Shown piece after piece: positions 10,282 to 20,956 of a DNA stretch of 32,000 nt; the stretch's first letter is position 1; each line of letters starts with the position of its first letter. Made by a program: the position numbers and the translations under genes. Below the pieces are notes generated by a model. It was not told where the DNA came from. It searched no databases and saw only the letters and a list, made by a program, of their open reading frames with translations. Origin of the DNA: Prochlorococcus marinus subsp. pastoris str. CCMP1986 (GTDB taxonomy: Bacteria; Cyanobacteriota; Cyanobacteriia; PCC-6307; Cyanobiaceae); contig NC_005072.1 in NCBI RefSeq assembly GCF_000011465.1, positions 1,560,001 through 1,592,000 of the forward strand. Direction: 5' to 3'.

Positions 10282-10637
10282 AAATCAAAATAATCTCTGT
10301 GTTCTTGGATTAAGCCATTGTCAGAAAATATCAAACGTGTCGTGCCAGGATATATAAATTCTTTACCCATAATTTTTAAACCCATAGTCCATTCTACAAA
10401 TCCATAGTTTCCGCTGATTGATATTGCATGAGTTTCCAAATAAACATCATCGCATCTTTTAACCAGCTTTTCTTGGGCCTCTACATAAGAATCTAATCCT
10501 TTCGTTTCCTGTGTTGGATCAATGAAGGTAACATTCTCATTATAAAACTCTGCCCACTTTGCTTTTGTTGGTGCATCTGCCCCATAGGGTTTAGTAAATA
10601 ATCCTCTTAAATCCTCAATAGAAACAGTAAGTGGCAT
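10206..10637 (-). CDS. NTF2/SnoaL-like domain protein
   Basis: 143 aa; WAEFYNENVTFIDPTQETKGLDSYVEAQEKL...GNYGFVEWTMGLKIMGKE...GTTRLIFSDNGLIQEHRDYFDF pattern of small NTF2-like proteins. Confidence 0.7.
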   Translation of the reverse strand: MPLTVSIEDLRGLFTKPYGADAPTKAKWAEFYNENVTFIDPTQETKGLDSYVEAQEKLVKRCDDVYLETHAISISGNYGFVEWTMGLKIMGKEFIYPGTTRLIFSDNGLIQEHRDYFDFCGPTFGPVPILGPFIRWLYARFIS

Positions 10638-10752
10638 TTAAAAATTTATATTTATTTATTAATTATATTTCAAATTTTGTATTTTAAAAAAGTAATCATT
10701 TAAATAATCTGATTTAGCAGAACAATAGCCAACCAATTAATACAGCTTTAAA

Positions 10753-10824
10753 AGCGGATGAAGAGATTCGAACTCTCGACATTCTCCTTGGCAAGGAGAT
10801 GCTCTACCACTGAGCTACATCCGC
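10753..10824 (-). tRNA. tRNA-Gly (anticodon GCC)
   Basis: Minus strand GCGGATGTAGCTCAGTGGTAGAGCATCTCCTTGCCAAGGAGAATGTCGAGAGTTCGAATCTCTTCATCCGCT. It has a 7-bp acceptor GCGGATG/CATCCGC, anticodon arm TCTCC-TTGCCAA-GGAGA and GTTCGAATC T-loop. CCA is not encoded. Confidence 0.97.
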
Positions 10825-10886
10825 ATACCTAGTTCATTTTATCTTAAAAAAGGAATGAAATGAACAAAACCTTACTTTTTTTGAAA

Positions 10887-11363
10887 CTAATTTAAATTTT
10901 TGATTAAAGAACCCATCTCAATTGCTTGTAAAGCATAGTTCCAACCAAGGTTGTTTTTTATCCCAGCTCTTTCTAAAGCCTGTTGCATACTATCAGTAGT
11001 TAAAACACCAAAAATAATTGGGACATTATTTTCATATGAAACTTGTGAAATTCCCTTACTAGCCTCAGAAATAACAACATCATAATGAGAAGTTTCTCCT
11101 CTAATAACAGCTCCAAGAGCAATTACAACGTCATAGTTAGTTTTTTTCAAAAGTGTTTTAGCTGCTATTGGCAGTTCAAATGATCCAGGAACCCAAACAA
11201 TATCAAGTTCTTTACTTGTTTCTGAAGTATCTAAACCATGTCTTTTAAGACAATCAAGACACCCAGATAATATTTTATTAGTAATTAAATCATTAAATCT
11301 AGCTACAACTATACCTACTTTTAAAGTAGAAGCATTGGTAAAAGATCCCTCAAAGATAGTCAT
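10887..11363 (-). CDS. ribH: 6,7-dimethyl-8-ribityllumazine synthase
   Basis: 158 aa; [75 protein letters not shown]. Confidence 0.97.
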   Translation of the reverse strand: MTIFEGSFTNASTLKVGIVVARFNDLITNKILSGCLDCLKRHGLDTSETSKELDIVWVPGSFELPIAAKTLLKKTNYDVVIALGAVIRGETSHYDVVISEASKGISQVSYENNVPIIFGVLTTDSMQQALERAGIKNNLGWNYALQAIEMGSLIKNLN

Positions 11364-11411
11364 TAAATTTTCTTTCTTATATATCTACACTCTCATGAAA
11401 AGGTACTAAGT

Positions 11412-11609
11412 TCAAACTAAGGCTGAAACAATCCCTGTAGCAAAAACTAAAACGAGCCAAACTGCAGCAATAGAATATATTTTTCTTCTACTTTCTTTCT
11501 GTCCATCTTCCGTAGAAGGTTGAGTTACATATAAAACGGGAACTCCTACTACCGCGATAAGAGAAGCAAATAAAAGAGCATTTACGAAGAAAAAATTAAC
11601 TGCCTGCAT
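11412..11609 (-). CDS. psbZ: Photosystem II reaction centre protein PsbZ (Ycf9)
   Basis: 65 aa with two TM segments: NALLFASLIAVVGVPVLYVTQP...RKIYSIAAVWLVLVFATGIVSALV, matching the PsbZ pattern. Confidence 0.93.
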   Translation of the reverse strand: MQAVNFFFVNALLFASLIAVVGVPVLYVTQPSTEDGQKESRRKIYSIAAVWLVLVFATGIVSALV

Positions 11610-11752
11610 GATTCAATCTTATTTTTAAATAATTATAGATACTATGATCTCATGAAAATGAATATTTTTGGAGAAAATTTACATACTTTTAGTCAGTTTT
11701 AAAATGCAAAACTAAAATATGTTCCTAATATCTATTTATAAATAATAAAAAG

Positions 11753-14500
11753 ATGGAAGAAGATACAATAATTCAGAAGGATTTATTTGCAATTAATCAT
11801 GAACTTAAACGCCCAAACAACTCAAGTCAAATACCTGATGATTTATCTACTGAAGAATTAAAAAAAGAGTCGCAGAAAAGGCCCAGACAAAGAAAAAATT
11901 CTACTAATTTAATAAACAAATTCAAAAATAATTCAAATTCAGAAAGAAAGAATGATTGCATTAATGAAAAGTCTTACAGTTATAAAACCGTTGAAAAACA
12001 AAAATTAACTCCAATTCTCAAACATTATGTGACATTAAAAGAAGAAAACAGCAATAGATTGTTGTTATATAGATTAGGTGACTTTTTTGAATGTTTTTTT
12101 GAAGATGCTGTATTCATATCTAACCTATTAGAAATAACCTTAACGAGCAAAGATGCGGGTAAAGATATTGGTAAAATTCCTATGGCAGGAGTCCCTTATC
12201 ATGCAATGGAGAGATACTGCGCCGAATTAATTAAAAAAAACCATTCAGTAGTTATATGTGATCAGTTAGAAAAAAGTACTGGAAATTACGGAACACCACT
12301 GAAAAGGGGCATAACCAGAATAATTACGCCAGGGACTGTAATTGAAGAAGGGATGTTGGTTGCAAAAAAAAATAATTGGATAACTGCAATCCACTTATCA
12401 GAAAACATTTCAGAAAACTTATATGAATGGGGTATTTCAAGAGCTGATGTGAGTACAGGAGAATTATTAACAATGGAGGGTCAATCAATCTCTAAATTAT
12501 TCGATGAAATTATTAAATTAGATACATCAGAAATCATCATAGGAAGCAATGAAGAGAAAAAGTTATTAGAAAACCAAAATCAACAAATTACATATACTGT
12601 CACCCAAGAAACTTTTTTCAGTATTAATGAAGCATGTTTAACTATAAAAAACTATTTTCAAATTCTTAGTTTAGAGGGCCTAGGACTCAAGCATTTAAAT
12701 AATGCGACTAAAGCACTTGGTGGCTTACTAAATTATTTAGAGAAAATAAATCCTTCAAATTTAGAGAACGATTCTTCTTTAAAAATTTCTTTAGATTTTC
12801 CACAAATACAATTTCCAAAAGATCATTTAATTATTGATTATCAAACTCAAAAAAATTTAGAAATAAAAAATACACAAAGAGAAAATAATTATGCTGGTTC
12901 ACTTCTGTGGAGTATTGATAGAACATATACCTGTATGGGTGCAAGATGTTTAAGAAGATGGATAGACTCTCCATTATTAAATATTGATGAAATTAATAAA
13001 AGACAAAATATTATTTCAAACTTTTTAGAGTCTAAAAAGTTGCGGACAGACACCCAAAATATACTTAGAGCAATGGGCGATTTAGAGAGACTTTCAGGGC
13101 GAGCATGTGCGGGGCATGCCAGTCCAAGAGATTTAATTGCAATCTCAGAGGGATTAAAAAAATTACCTAGATTAAAGTCAATTGTTAAATTATTTAAGTA
13201 TGAAATCCCATCCTGGACGAATCAATTAAAAAATATTGATAATGAGCTTTTAGAGTTAGCAGATCTAATAAGCTTCAAGCTAGTACAAAATCCACCTTTA
13301 AATACTAGTGAAGGAGGCATTATCCATGATGGGGTTGATAATGTGTTGGATGGCTTACGTAATTTAATTGACGACTACTCAGATTGGTTGAATCAAGAAG
13401 AATTAAAAGAAAGAAAAATTAGTAAAATATCAAATTTAAAAATTCAATTCCATAAAAACTTTGGTTATTACATATCAATTAATAAATCTAAAGTTAATTT
13501 AGCACCTGCTCATTGGATTAAAAGGCAAACTCTTACTAATGAGGAAAGATATGTAACCACAGAAATCAAGAATAGAGAAAGTAAAATATTTCAAGTCAAA
13601 AATCGCGCGGCTGCTAAAGAATATGAATTATTTTGCGAAGTAAGAAATCTTGTATCCGCCAAAACAAAAAGGATTAGATCCGTAGCAAAAGCTATTGCCT
13701 GTATAGATGCATTACTTGGTTTAGCAATTACATCATTAGAAAATAATTTTATAAAACCGACTATTTCACCCATTACTAATTCAACAGACCAACAAAGCAC
13801 AAAGATTATTGGAGGAAGGAATCCTATAGTTGAACAACTATTAACTAATAGAAAATTTATATCTAATGATATTTTGTTTAATAATAAGCAAAAATTAATC
13901 ATATTAACTGGTCCAAATGCAAGTGGAAAGAGTTGTTTTATTAGACAAATAGGATTAATACAAATTCTGGCTCAAATTGGAAGTTTCGTGCCTGCAAGCA
14001 AAGCCGATATTCAAATTGTAGATCGAATTTTTACAAGAATTGGAGCCGTAGATGATCAATCAACTGGACAATCGACATTCATGGTAGAAATGTCAGAAAC
14101 AGCATCAATACTAAATCAAGCGACATCAAACTCTCTTGTCTTACTTGATGAGATAGGAAGAGGGACCTCTACTTTTGATGGGTTATCCATAGCATGGTCA
14201 GTAAGTGAATATCTTGCAAAAAAAATTGTATGTAATACAATCTTTGCCACTCATTATCATGAACTAAATTATCTTAAACATACAAATACAAACGTAGAAA
14301 ATTTTCAGGTATTAGTAAAACAGAAGAAAGATCAACTATTTTTTTGTCATAAAATTGAAAAAGGTGGTGCGAACAAAAGTTATGGAATTGAAGCCGCTAA
14401 ATTAGCCGGGGTTCCTAAAGAAGTTATTAATAAAGCTATTTTAGTTTTAGATTATTTAGAAAAAAATAATCAGTTGAATGCTCAAATTAAAATTAAATAA
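11753..14500 (+). CDS. mutS: DNA mismatch repair protein MutS
   Basis: 915 aa; [119 protein letters not shown]. Basic, Asn-rich N-terminal extension of about 75-80 aa. Confidence 0.96.
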
Positions 14501-14529
14501 AATTTTAAACAGATTATATAAAAATTATT

Positions 14530-15153
14530 TTAAATAGATTCTCTTAATAAGGCATTAACAGCTGCTGCAGCCATTGCAGCCCCTCCTCTCGTAGAGTTCA
14601 TAACAATTCTAGGATAATTAGTATTGAGTAATTTATTTTTACTTTGCCTAACACCAATAAAACCTACAGGCATTCCGATAATTAAACTAGGAATCTGTTG
14701 TGAATTCTGTATAATCTCTAATAAATTTACTAATGCAGTTGGAGAACTTCCAATAACAATAATTGGCGATTGGTTTCCTGAATTATTAGCAGATAATTCA
14801 ATCCAACCTTTTTCTATCCCATAAGCAGTTTTAGTCAACTCTGATAAATCTCTATCATCAAACCAATGTTTCGCCGAAACAACTAAGTTTCCGTTTGTAT
14901 TTTTTGCCATTGATTTAATAGCTGCTGCTGCCATATCAGTATCAGTCAATATTGGTGCTCCAGCTTTAAGAGATTTAACACCTTTTTCGCACGCCCCTTC
15001 ACTAAACTCCAAAAGTTTCTGAATATTAAAATCACCTGAAGTATGAACTAATCTTTCTAAAACTCTATTTTCCAAATAATTGAAATTATTTTCAATCAAA
15101 TTAGATTTAATAAACCTAATACTTTCTAAAAAAATAGGATGATCTTTTATCAT
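14530..15153 (-). CDS. cobH: Precorrin-8X methylmutase
   Basis: 207 aa; HTSGDFNIQKLLEFSEGACEKGVKSLKAGAPILTDTDMAAAAI, GSSPTALVNLLE, PSLIIGMPVGFIGVRQSKNKL, NSTRGGAAMAAAAVNALL (CobH/CbiC). Confidence 0.93.
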   Translation of the reverse strand: MIKDHPIFLESIRFIKSNLIENNFNYLENRVLERLVHTSGDFNIQKLLEFSEGACEKGVKSLKAGAPILTDTDMAAAAIKSMAKNTNGNLVVSAKHWFDDRDLSELTKTAYGIEKGWIELSANNSGNQSPIIVIGSSPTALVNLLEIIQNSQQIPSLIIGMPVGFIGVRQSKNKLLNTNYPRIVMNSTRGGAAMAAAAVNALLRESI

Positions 15154-15215
15154 TAAAATTTAATTTACTTTATCTTAAAGAAAGCATAATTATAATAAGA
15201 TTCTTTTTTGCAGAT

Positions 15216-16217
15216 ATGCCAATACAAATAATATGGGGAAATGATTTAAATGCAAGTAATAAGTTTATAAAACAAATAATTGATGAAAAAGTATCCAAAA
15301 CATGGGGAGAAATAAATATTAGTTACTTAAATGGTGATGATGATAATCAAATAAAACAAGCATTTGATGAAATACTAACACCTCCTTTGGGGGATGGATC
15401 TCGAGTAGTTGTATTAAAAAATAACCCATTATTCACAAATAAAAATGAGGAAATAAGGCTCAAATTTGAAAAAATTTATCAAAACATTCCAAGTAACACT
15501 TACTTTCTTTTACAAAATACAAAAAAACCAGATTCAAGACTAAAGAGTACAAAATTTATTCAAAATTTAATAAAAAAAGATTTAGCAATTGAAACCTCAT
15601 TTTCATTGCCCGATATCTGGGATTTTGAAGGCCAGAAAAGATACTTAGAATTCACAGCAAATTCGATGAATATTCATTTAGGTAAAGGGACCGCTGATTT
15701 AATTATTGATTCAGTAGGAAATGATAGTTTTAACTTAGCTAGCGAATTATCTAAAGCAAAGATATATCTATCTGCAATAAATAATAACGAAAACAAAGGA
15801 CTTATTCTAGAAAGTGATGTTGTAAAAAAAATATTCAATGATCAACAGTCAAATATCTTTAAAATAATCGATCATCTATTACAAAATAGTATTAGTGATG
15901 GTCTTATAGAAATCTATTATTTATTAAAAAAAGGGGAACCTGCTTTAAGGCTCAATGCGGGATTAATAAGTCAAATCAGAATGCATACCATAGTAAAATT
16001 ACTTCATAAATCTGGTGAGCAAGATTTATCAAAAATATGCAAACTTGCAAATATATCTAACCCAAAAAGAATTTTTTTTATCCGTAAAAAAGTAAACAAT
16101 ATATCCTCAGATTTCTTAATTAAATTGATGAGTAATTTATTAGATATTGAATCATCACTAAAAAAAGGCAATAATCCTATTAATGTATTTGCGGAAAATC
16201 TCGTTAACTTAAGTTAA
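15216..16217 (+). CDS. holA: DNA polymerase III subunit delta
   Basis: 333 aa; HolA-like layout with PIQIIWGNDLNASNKFIKQII, GDGSRVVVLKNNPLF, ELSKAKIYLSA, KKGEPALRLNAGLISQIRMHTIVKLL. Confidence 0.8.
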   Translation: MPIQIIWGNDLNASNKFIKQIIDEKVSKTWGEINISYLNGDDDNQIKQAFDEILTPPLGDGSRVVVLKNNPLFTNKNEEIRLKFEKIYQNIPSNTYFLLQNTKKPDSRLKSTKFIQNLIKKDLAIETSFSLPDIWDFEGQKRYLEFTANSMNIHLGKGTADLIIDSVGNDSFNLASELSKAKIYLSAINNNENKGLILESDVVKKIFNDQQSNIFKIIDHLLQNSISDGLIEIYYLLKKGEPALRLNAGLISQIRMHTIVKLLHKSGEQDLSKICKLANISNPKRIFFIRKKVNNISSDFLIKLMSNLLDIESSLKKGNNPINVFAENLVNLS

Positions 16218-16256
16218 TCAAATATTAAGTTTAATAATTTATATTATGATTTAAAT

Positions 16257-18017
16257 ATGGCTTTATTAATCAAAAAATTTGGCGGCACATCGGTTGAAGA
16301 TATCACAAAAATTAAGGCGATTGCACAAAGTATTATTCAAAGTAAAGAAGCTGGAAATGATATCGTCGTAGTTGTATCTGCAATGGGTCATTCTACAGAT
16401 CACTTAAATAAGTTAGCAGAATCAATCAGCAAAAATCCCAATAGCCGAGAATTAGATATGCTCCTCTCTACAGGGGAGCAAGTAACTATGGCACTTCTAT
16501 CAATGTCATTAAATGAATATGGGATTCCTGCAATATCTTTGACAGGTAGCCAAGTGGGAATTGTTACTGAATCAATTCATGGAAAAGCGAGAATTCTAGA
16601 TATCAAAACAGAACGCATACAAAACTATATTAATCAAGGTTATGTAGTAGTAGTTGCAGGGTTTCAAGGCTCAACGCTTAGTCATACTGGATCAATGGAA
16701 ATCACAACTTTGGGAAGAGGGGGTTCAGATACTTCAGCAGTAGCACTATCCACAGCATTAGGTGCAGAAACTTGCGAGATATATACAGATGTTCCTGGAG
16801 TTCTTACCACTGATCCAAGAATTGTACCTAATGCAAAATTGTTAGATATTATTAGTTGTGAAGAGATGCTAGAACTTGCGAGTGTGGGTGCTTCAGTACT
16901 TCATCCAAGAGCTGTAGAAATTGCTCGCAATTATGGAATTAAATTATATGTAAAATCGAGCCAAGCCCTCTCAAATGGCACTCTTCTACATAGCAAAATT
17001 AAACCATTAGCTTTAAAAAGAGGAGGGTTAGAATTAACAAAAACTGTTAATAGTCTTGAAGTATTAGAAAAGCAAACCGTATTTAGTATTTCCAAACTCC
17101 CTGACAGACCTGGAATTGCAGCTCAAATATTTGAAACCTTGTCTAAAGCGAACATTAATGTTGATTTAATAATCCAAGCTACACATGATGGGAAGAGTAA
17201 TGATATTGCATTTACAGTTAATGATTTTGAGTTAACCAAAACAATTGATCAATGTAAATTAATAACAAAACAATTAGGTGGCGAATATGATTTCAAAAAA
17301 AATATGACTAAATTAAGTATTCAAGGAGCTGGAATAATGGGGAGACCAAGTGTATCAGCTGATTTATTTGATACTTTATTCCAAGCAAACATAAATGTAA
17401 GATTAATAGCTACCAGCGAAATCAAAGTCAGCTGCGTAATTGATATTGAAAATATTTCAAAAGCTATTAGATTTGTCAGTGAAAAATTTAAATTATCTGA
17501 TAAACAAATATTTATTAACCCAGTAATTGAGAGTGAAGATCAGCCTGAGGTAAGAGGAATTGCATTAGATAAAAATCAAGTTCAAGTTAGCATTAGGAAC
17601 CTACCTGATAAACCTGGGGTGGCAGCTTCAATATGTTTAGCTCTCGCAGAGAATAATTTAATTTTTGATACTATTGTGCAATCTGAAAGGTTAACATCTT
17701 TAAAAACCAAAGACATAAGTTTCACCATGAGCAAGCAAGATAGAGAAAGAGCTAATACAATTTTCCACTCTTTAACAAAAAAATTGGCAGGATCATTCAT
17801 CGAAGATGGACCAGCTATAGCTAAAGTAAGCACAGTTGGAGCTGGAATGGCATTTAAGGTTGGAACAGCTGGGAAAATTTTTAGAGCACTTGCTAATAAA
17901 AATATTAATATTGAAATGATTGCTACAAGTGAAATAAGAACTTCTTGTATCGTCTTAGAACAAGATTGTGACCAAGCAGTTAATGCAATTCATTCTTATT
18001 TTCAATTAGATAAATAA
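16257..18017 (+). CDS. lysC: Aspartate kinase with four ACT domains
   Basis: 586 aa; LLIKKFGGTSVEDITKIKAIAQSI, STGEQVTMALLSMSL, TTLGRGGSDTSAVALSTALGAETCEIYTDVPGVLTTDPR; then ACT-like units starting FSISKLPDRPGIAAQIF, LSIQGAGIMGRPSVSADLF, VSIRNLPDKPGVAASIC and VSTVGAGMAFKVGTAGKIF. Confidence 0.96.
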   Translation: MALLIKKFGGTSVEDITKIKAIAQSIIQSKEAGNDIVVVVSAMGHSTDHLNKLAESISKNPNSRELDMLLSTGEQVTMALLSMSLNEYGIPAISLTGSQVGIVTESIHGKARILDIKTERIQNYINQGYVVVVAGFQGSTLSHTGSMEITTLGRGGSDTSAVALSTALGAETCEIYTDVPGVLTTDPRIVPNAKLLDIISCEEMLELASVGASVLHPRAVEIARNYGIKLYVKSSQALSNGTLLHSKIKPLALKRGGLELTKTVNSLEVLEKQTVFSISKLPDRPGIAAQIFETLSKANINVDLIIQATHDGKSNDIAFTVNDFELTKTIDQCKLITKQLGGEYDFKKNMTKLSIQGAGIMGRPSVSADLFDTLFQANINVRLIATSEIKVSCVIDIENISKAIRFVSEKFKLSDKQIFINPVIESEDQPEVRGIALDKNQVQVSIRNLPDKPGVAASICLALAENNLIFDTIVQSERLTSLKTKDISFTMSKQDRERANTIFHSLTKKLAGSFIEDGPAIAKVSTVGAGMAFKVGTAGKIFRALANKNINIEMIATSEIRTSCIVLEQDCDQAVNAIHSYFQLDK

Positions 18018-18025
18018 ATAATTAT

Positions 18026-20065
18026 TTAAGTATTTCTAGATAATTTTTGCCTGAGTTTCTTAATTCTATCTCTAAGATTTGCAGCCTCTTCAAAATTTAG
18101 TTCTTTTGCTGCATCTTTCATTTTATTTTCTAACTTATCAATTAAGCTAGGCATTTCATCTAGTAAACATTGATTATCTTTAGCATTTAAAATATCGTCC
18201 GTTTTATTACTAACAATGTTTATCAGATCTTTAGATAATCCTCCAGTATCTAATTTTCTGGAAAGCTCTAAAAAAGATAATATTGAATTTTCAATTTTCT
18301 TACCTGCAGGTTTTGGAGTAATGCCATTGATTTGATTATATTTTTTTTGGATAGTTCTTCTTCTATCAGTTTCAGATATCGCTCTTTTCATTGATTCAGT
18401 AAAGTTATCTGCATAAAGTAAAGCAACCCCCTCAACATGTCTTGCCGCTCTTCCAATAGTTTGAATTAGGGATCGCTCTGCTCTCAAAAAGCCCTCTTTA
18501 TCTGCATCTAAAATAGCAACCAAAGAAACTTCAGGGAGATCAAGACCTTCTCTTAGCAAATTTACTCCAACCAGTACATCATATTCACCCAATCTAAGAT
18601 CTTGAATAATCTCTATCCTTTCAATCGAATGAATTTCAGAATGCAAATATCTCACCCTTACTTTATTGTCAGATAAAAAATCCGTAAGATCTTCTGCCAT
18701 CCTTTTTGTAAGAGTAGTAACCAATACTCTCTGGTTCTTTTTAGCTCTAACTCTTATTTCTGATAAAAGATCATCTATTTGTCCATCACTAGGCCTTACA
18801 TCAATTATGGGATCTAAAACCCCTGTAGGTCTAATAACCTGTTCAATAAACTTGCCTTCGCATTGATCCAACTCCCATTGGCCAGGGGTTGCACTAATAA
18901 ACAATGTCTGTCTGGATTTTTCCCAAAACTCTTCACACTTTAAAGGTCTATTATCTGCAGCACTCGGTAATCTAAAACCATGATCTATTAATACTTTTTT
19001 TCTAGCTTGATCTCCGTTATACATTGCATGTAATTGCGGACATGTTACGTGACTTTCATCAACTACTAATAACCAATCTTTTGGAAAATAATCTATTAGA
19101 CATTCTGGAGGAGTTCCTTCTTCTCTACCAGCCAAATGACGTGCATAATTTTCAACACCATTACAATATCCAACTTCTCTTAGCATTTCCAAATCATATT
19201 TTGTGCGCTGCTCTAAACGCTGCGCCTCCAACAACTTGCCTTCATAAGCAAATTTATCGAGTTGTTCTTTTAATTCATTTCTAATAGCACTAATAGCGGA
19301 ATCTAGTCTCTCTTTTGGAGTGACAAAATGCTTGGCTGGATAAACACTCACTTGATCAAGACTCTCAAGAATCTCTCCAGTTAATGGATCAACAAATCTA
19401 ATAGCCTCAATCTCATCTCCAAATAATTCAATTCTTATCAATCTGTCTTCATAAGCTGGTCCAATTTCTAATACATCTCCCTTAATTCTAAATCTACCTC
19501 TCGTAATTTCTGTATCATTTCTTGTATATTGATTATCCACAAGCGCTCTTAGAGAAGAACGTAAATCTATAGATTCACCAACAGCAAATTTAACAGCAGC
19601 TTTTAAATATTCACTTGGTATTCCTAAACCATAAATACAACTAATAGATGCAACAACAATTACATCCTTCCTTTCAAATAATGATCTAGTTGCCGAATGC
19701 CTAAGCATATCAATCTCTTCATTAATTGAAGCAGTTTTTGCTATGTAAGTATCGCTTACTGGTACATAAGCTTCTGGCTGATAATAATCATAGTAAGAGA
19801 TGAAGTATTCAACAGCATTTTTAGGAAAAAACTGCCTTAATTCATTACATAATTGAGCTGCTAAAGTTTTATTATGAGCCAGAATAAGTGCTGGTCTTCC
19901 AGTTTGCTGAATTACATTAGCAATAGTAAAAGTTTTTCCCGTTCCAGTTGCTCCTAAAAGTGTCTGAAACTCTTCGCCACTATTAACTCCTTGAACTAAC
20001 TTCTTAATGGCTTTAGGTTGATCACCATTTGGTTGATAAGGTGCTTGAAGCTTATAGTTATTCAT
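18026..20065 (-). CDS. uvrB: Excinuclease ABC subunit B
   Basis: 679 aa; [119 protein letters not shown]-terminal UVR motif. Confidence 0.98.
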   Translation of the reverse strand: MNNYKLQAPYQPNGDQPKAIKKLVQGVNSGEEFQTLLGATGTGKTFTIANVIQQTGRPALILAHNKTLAAQLCNELRQFFPKNAVEYFISYYDYYQPEAYVPVSDTYIAKTASINEEIDMLRHSATRSLFERKDVIVVASISCIYGLGIPSEYLKAAVKFAVGESIDLRSSLRALVDNQYTRNDTEITRGRFRIKGDVLEIGPAYEDRLIRIELFGDEIEAIRFVDPLTGEILESLDQVSVYPAKHFVTPKERLDSAISAIRNELKEQLDKFAYEGKLLEAQRLEQRTKYDLEMLREVGYCNGVENYARHLAGREEGTPPECLIDYFPKDWLLVVDESHVTCPQLHAMYNGDQARKKVLIDHGFRLPSAADNRPLKCEEFWEKSRQTLFISATPGQWELDQCEGKFIEQVIRPTGVLDPIIDVRPSDGQIDDLLSEIRVRAKKNQRVLVTTLTKRMAEDLTDFLSDNKVRVRYLHSEIHSIERIEIIQDLRLGEYDVLVGVNLLREGLDLPEVSLVAILDADKEGFLRAERSLIQTIGRAARHVEGVALLYADNFTESMKRAISETDRRRTIQKKYNQINGITPKPAGKKIENSILSFLELSRKLDTGGLSKDLINIVSNKTDDILNAKDNQCLLDEMPSLIDKLENKMKDAAKELNFEEAANLRDRIKKLRQKLSRNT

Positions 20066-20094
20066 TCATCTAATAACTTAAGATTTTTTATATC

Positions 20095-20871
20095 TTAGGA
20101 GACTTTTTCTTTAATCATTGAATTTTTCAAAGATTCTTTTAGGCCTCTAACAACAGCAACCATTGATATTAAATCATCTAATTTATTTACTACAGATCCA
20201 ACTCCGACTGCAGAAGCTCCACATGATACTGCCAAAGGACATGTTACCTCACTTAAACCTGAAGCACTCATGATAGGAATATTAATAGACTGTTTCTCAA
20301 ATTCCTTGAATATTGCAAAAGTAGCCGCCAAAGTAGGTACTGACTTTTCTAATAATCCTTGAATTCCTGAACTATATGGGTTAGAACTTTTGCCTCCTTC
20401 AGTTTGAATGATATCAGCGCCTTCAAGAACTAATTTAATTGCAAGATCTACTTGTTTATCAATAGGCATATTATGTGGAACTGTCACTGATAGAGGAATA
20501 TTAGGTAAAAGATCTTTAGTTTCTTTTGTAAGATTTAAAATTTTCTCCTCCGAAAAAGTAATTCCTTGGTCATAAAAACTATCATAATTGCCTATTTCTA
20601 TTAAAGAAGCTCCTGCCTTAACTGAATTTATAAAAGACTTAGGCTCTACGGAACTTACGCAAATTGGTAATCGTGAAATCTCAATCGCGGATTCAACTAA
20701 TTCAGGTTTACAAGCTATATCAATTAAATCGGCTCCGCCCATCGAGGCTGCTTCTACAATTTTGTTAACAGTTTGGGTTTCAAAATTACTTAATCCTGAA
20801 ATAACTTTGAGTAAAGTTTTACTGCTAAGCTCTTCTTGAATTTTTTGTGGCAAAAGATTAATCAGACTCAT
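20095..20871 (-). CDS. DUF561-family predicted TIM-barrel protein
   Basis: ORF open to 20955 (TTG), but an internal ATG at 20871 (MSLINLLPQKIQEELSSKTLLKVISGLSNFE) is the more plausible start. Barrel-like repeats: GGADLIDIA, AGASLIEIGNYDS, EGADIIQTEGG, IPIMSASGLSEVTCPLAVSCGASAVGVGSVVN. Confidence 0.7.
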   Translation of the reverse strand: MSLINLLPQKIQEELSSKTLLKVISGLSNFETQTVNKIVEAASMGGADLIDIACKPELVESAIEISRLPICVSSVEPKSFINSVKAGASLIEIGNYDSFYDQGITFSEEKILNLTKETKDLLPNIPLSVTVPHNMPIDKQVDLAIKLVLEGADIIQTEGGKSSNPYSSGIQGLLEKSVPTLAATFAIFKEFEKQSINIPIMSASGLSEVTCPLAVSCGASAVGVGSVVNKLDDLISMVAVVRGLKESLKNSMIKEKVS

Positions 20872-20956
20872 AGATTTGATGAATTTATTACCTGATTGTG
20901 ACATTGTTTTATTAAAACAGTGAATTTTTAAAAAAATATTATCTGAGTTAAACAAT

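Noticed and set aside
13591-13902. 103-aa ORF antisense to mutS
   Set aside because: Overlaps the conserved MutS ATPase region; length is expected from reading an antisense frame of a constrained gene.
14624-14824. 66-aa plus-strand ORF antisense to cobH
   Set aside because: Contained in the precorrin-8X methylmutase gene, no independent evidence.
17582-17833. 83-aa ORF antisense to lysC
   Set aside because: Overlaps conserved ACT units; likely chance.
18666-19284. Plus-strand ORFs (66 and 86 aa) antisense to uvrB
   Set aside because: Contained in highly conserved uvrB; no motifs.
20588-20839. 83-aa ORF antisense to the DUF561-like gene
   Set aside because: Shadow ORF with no domain features.
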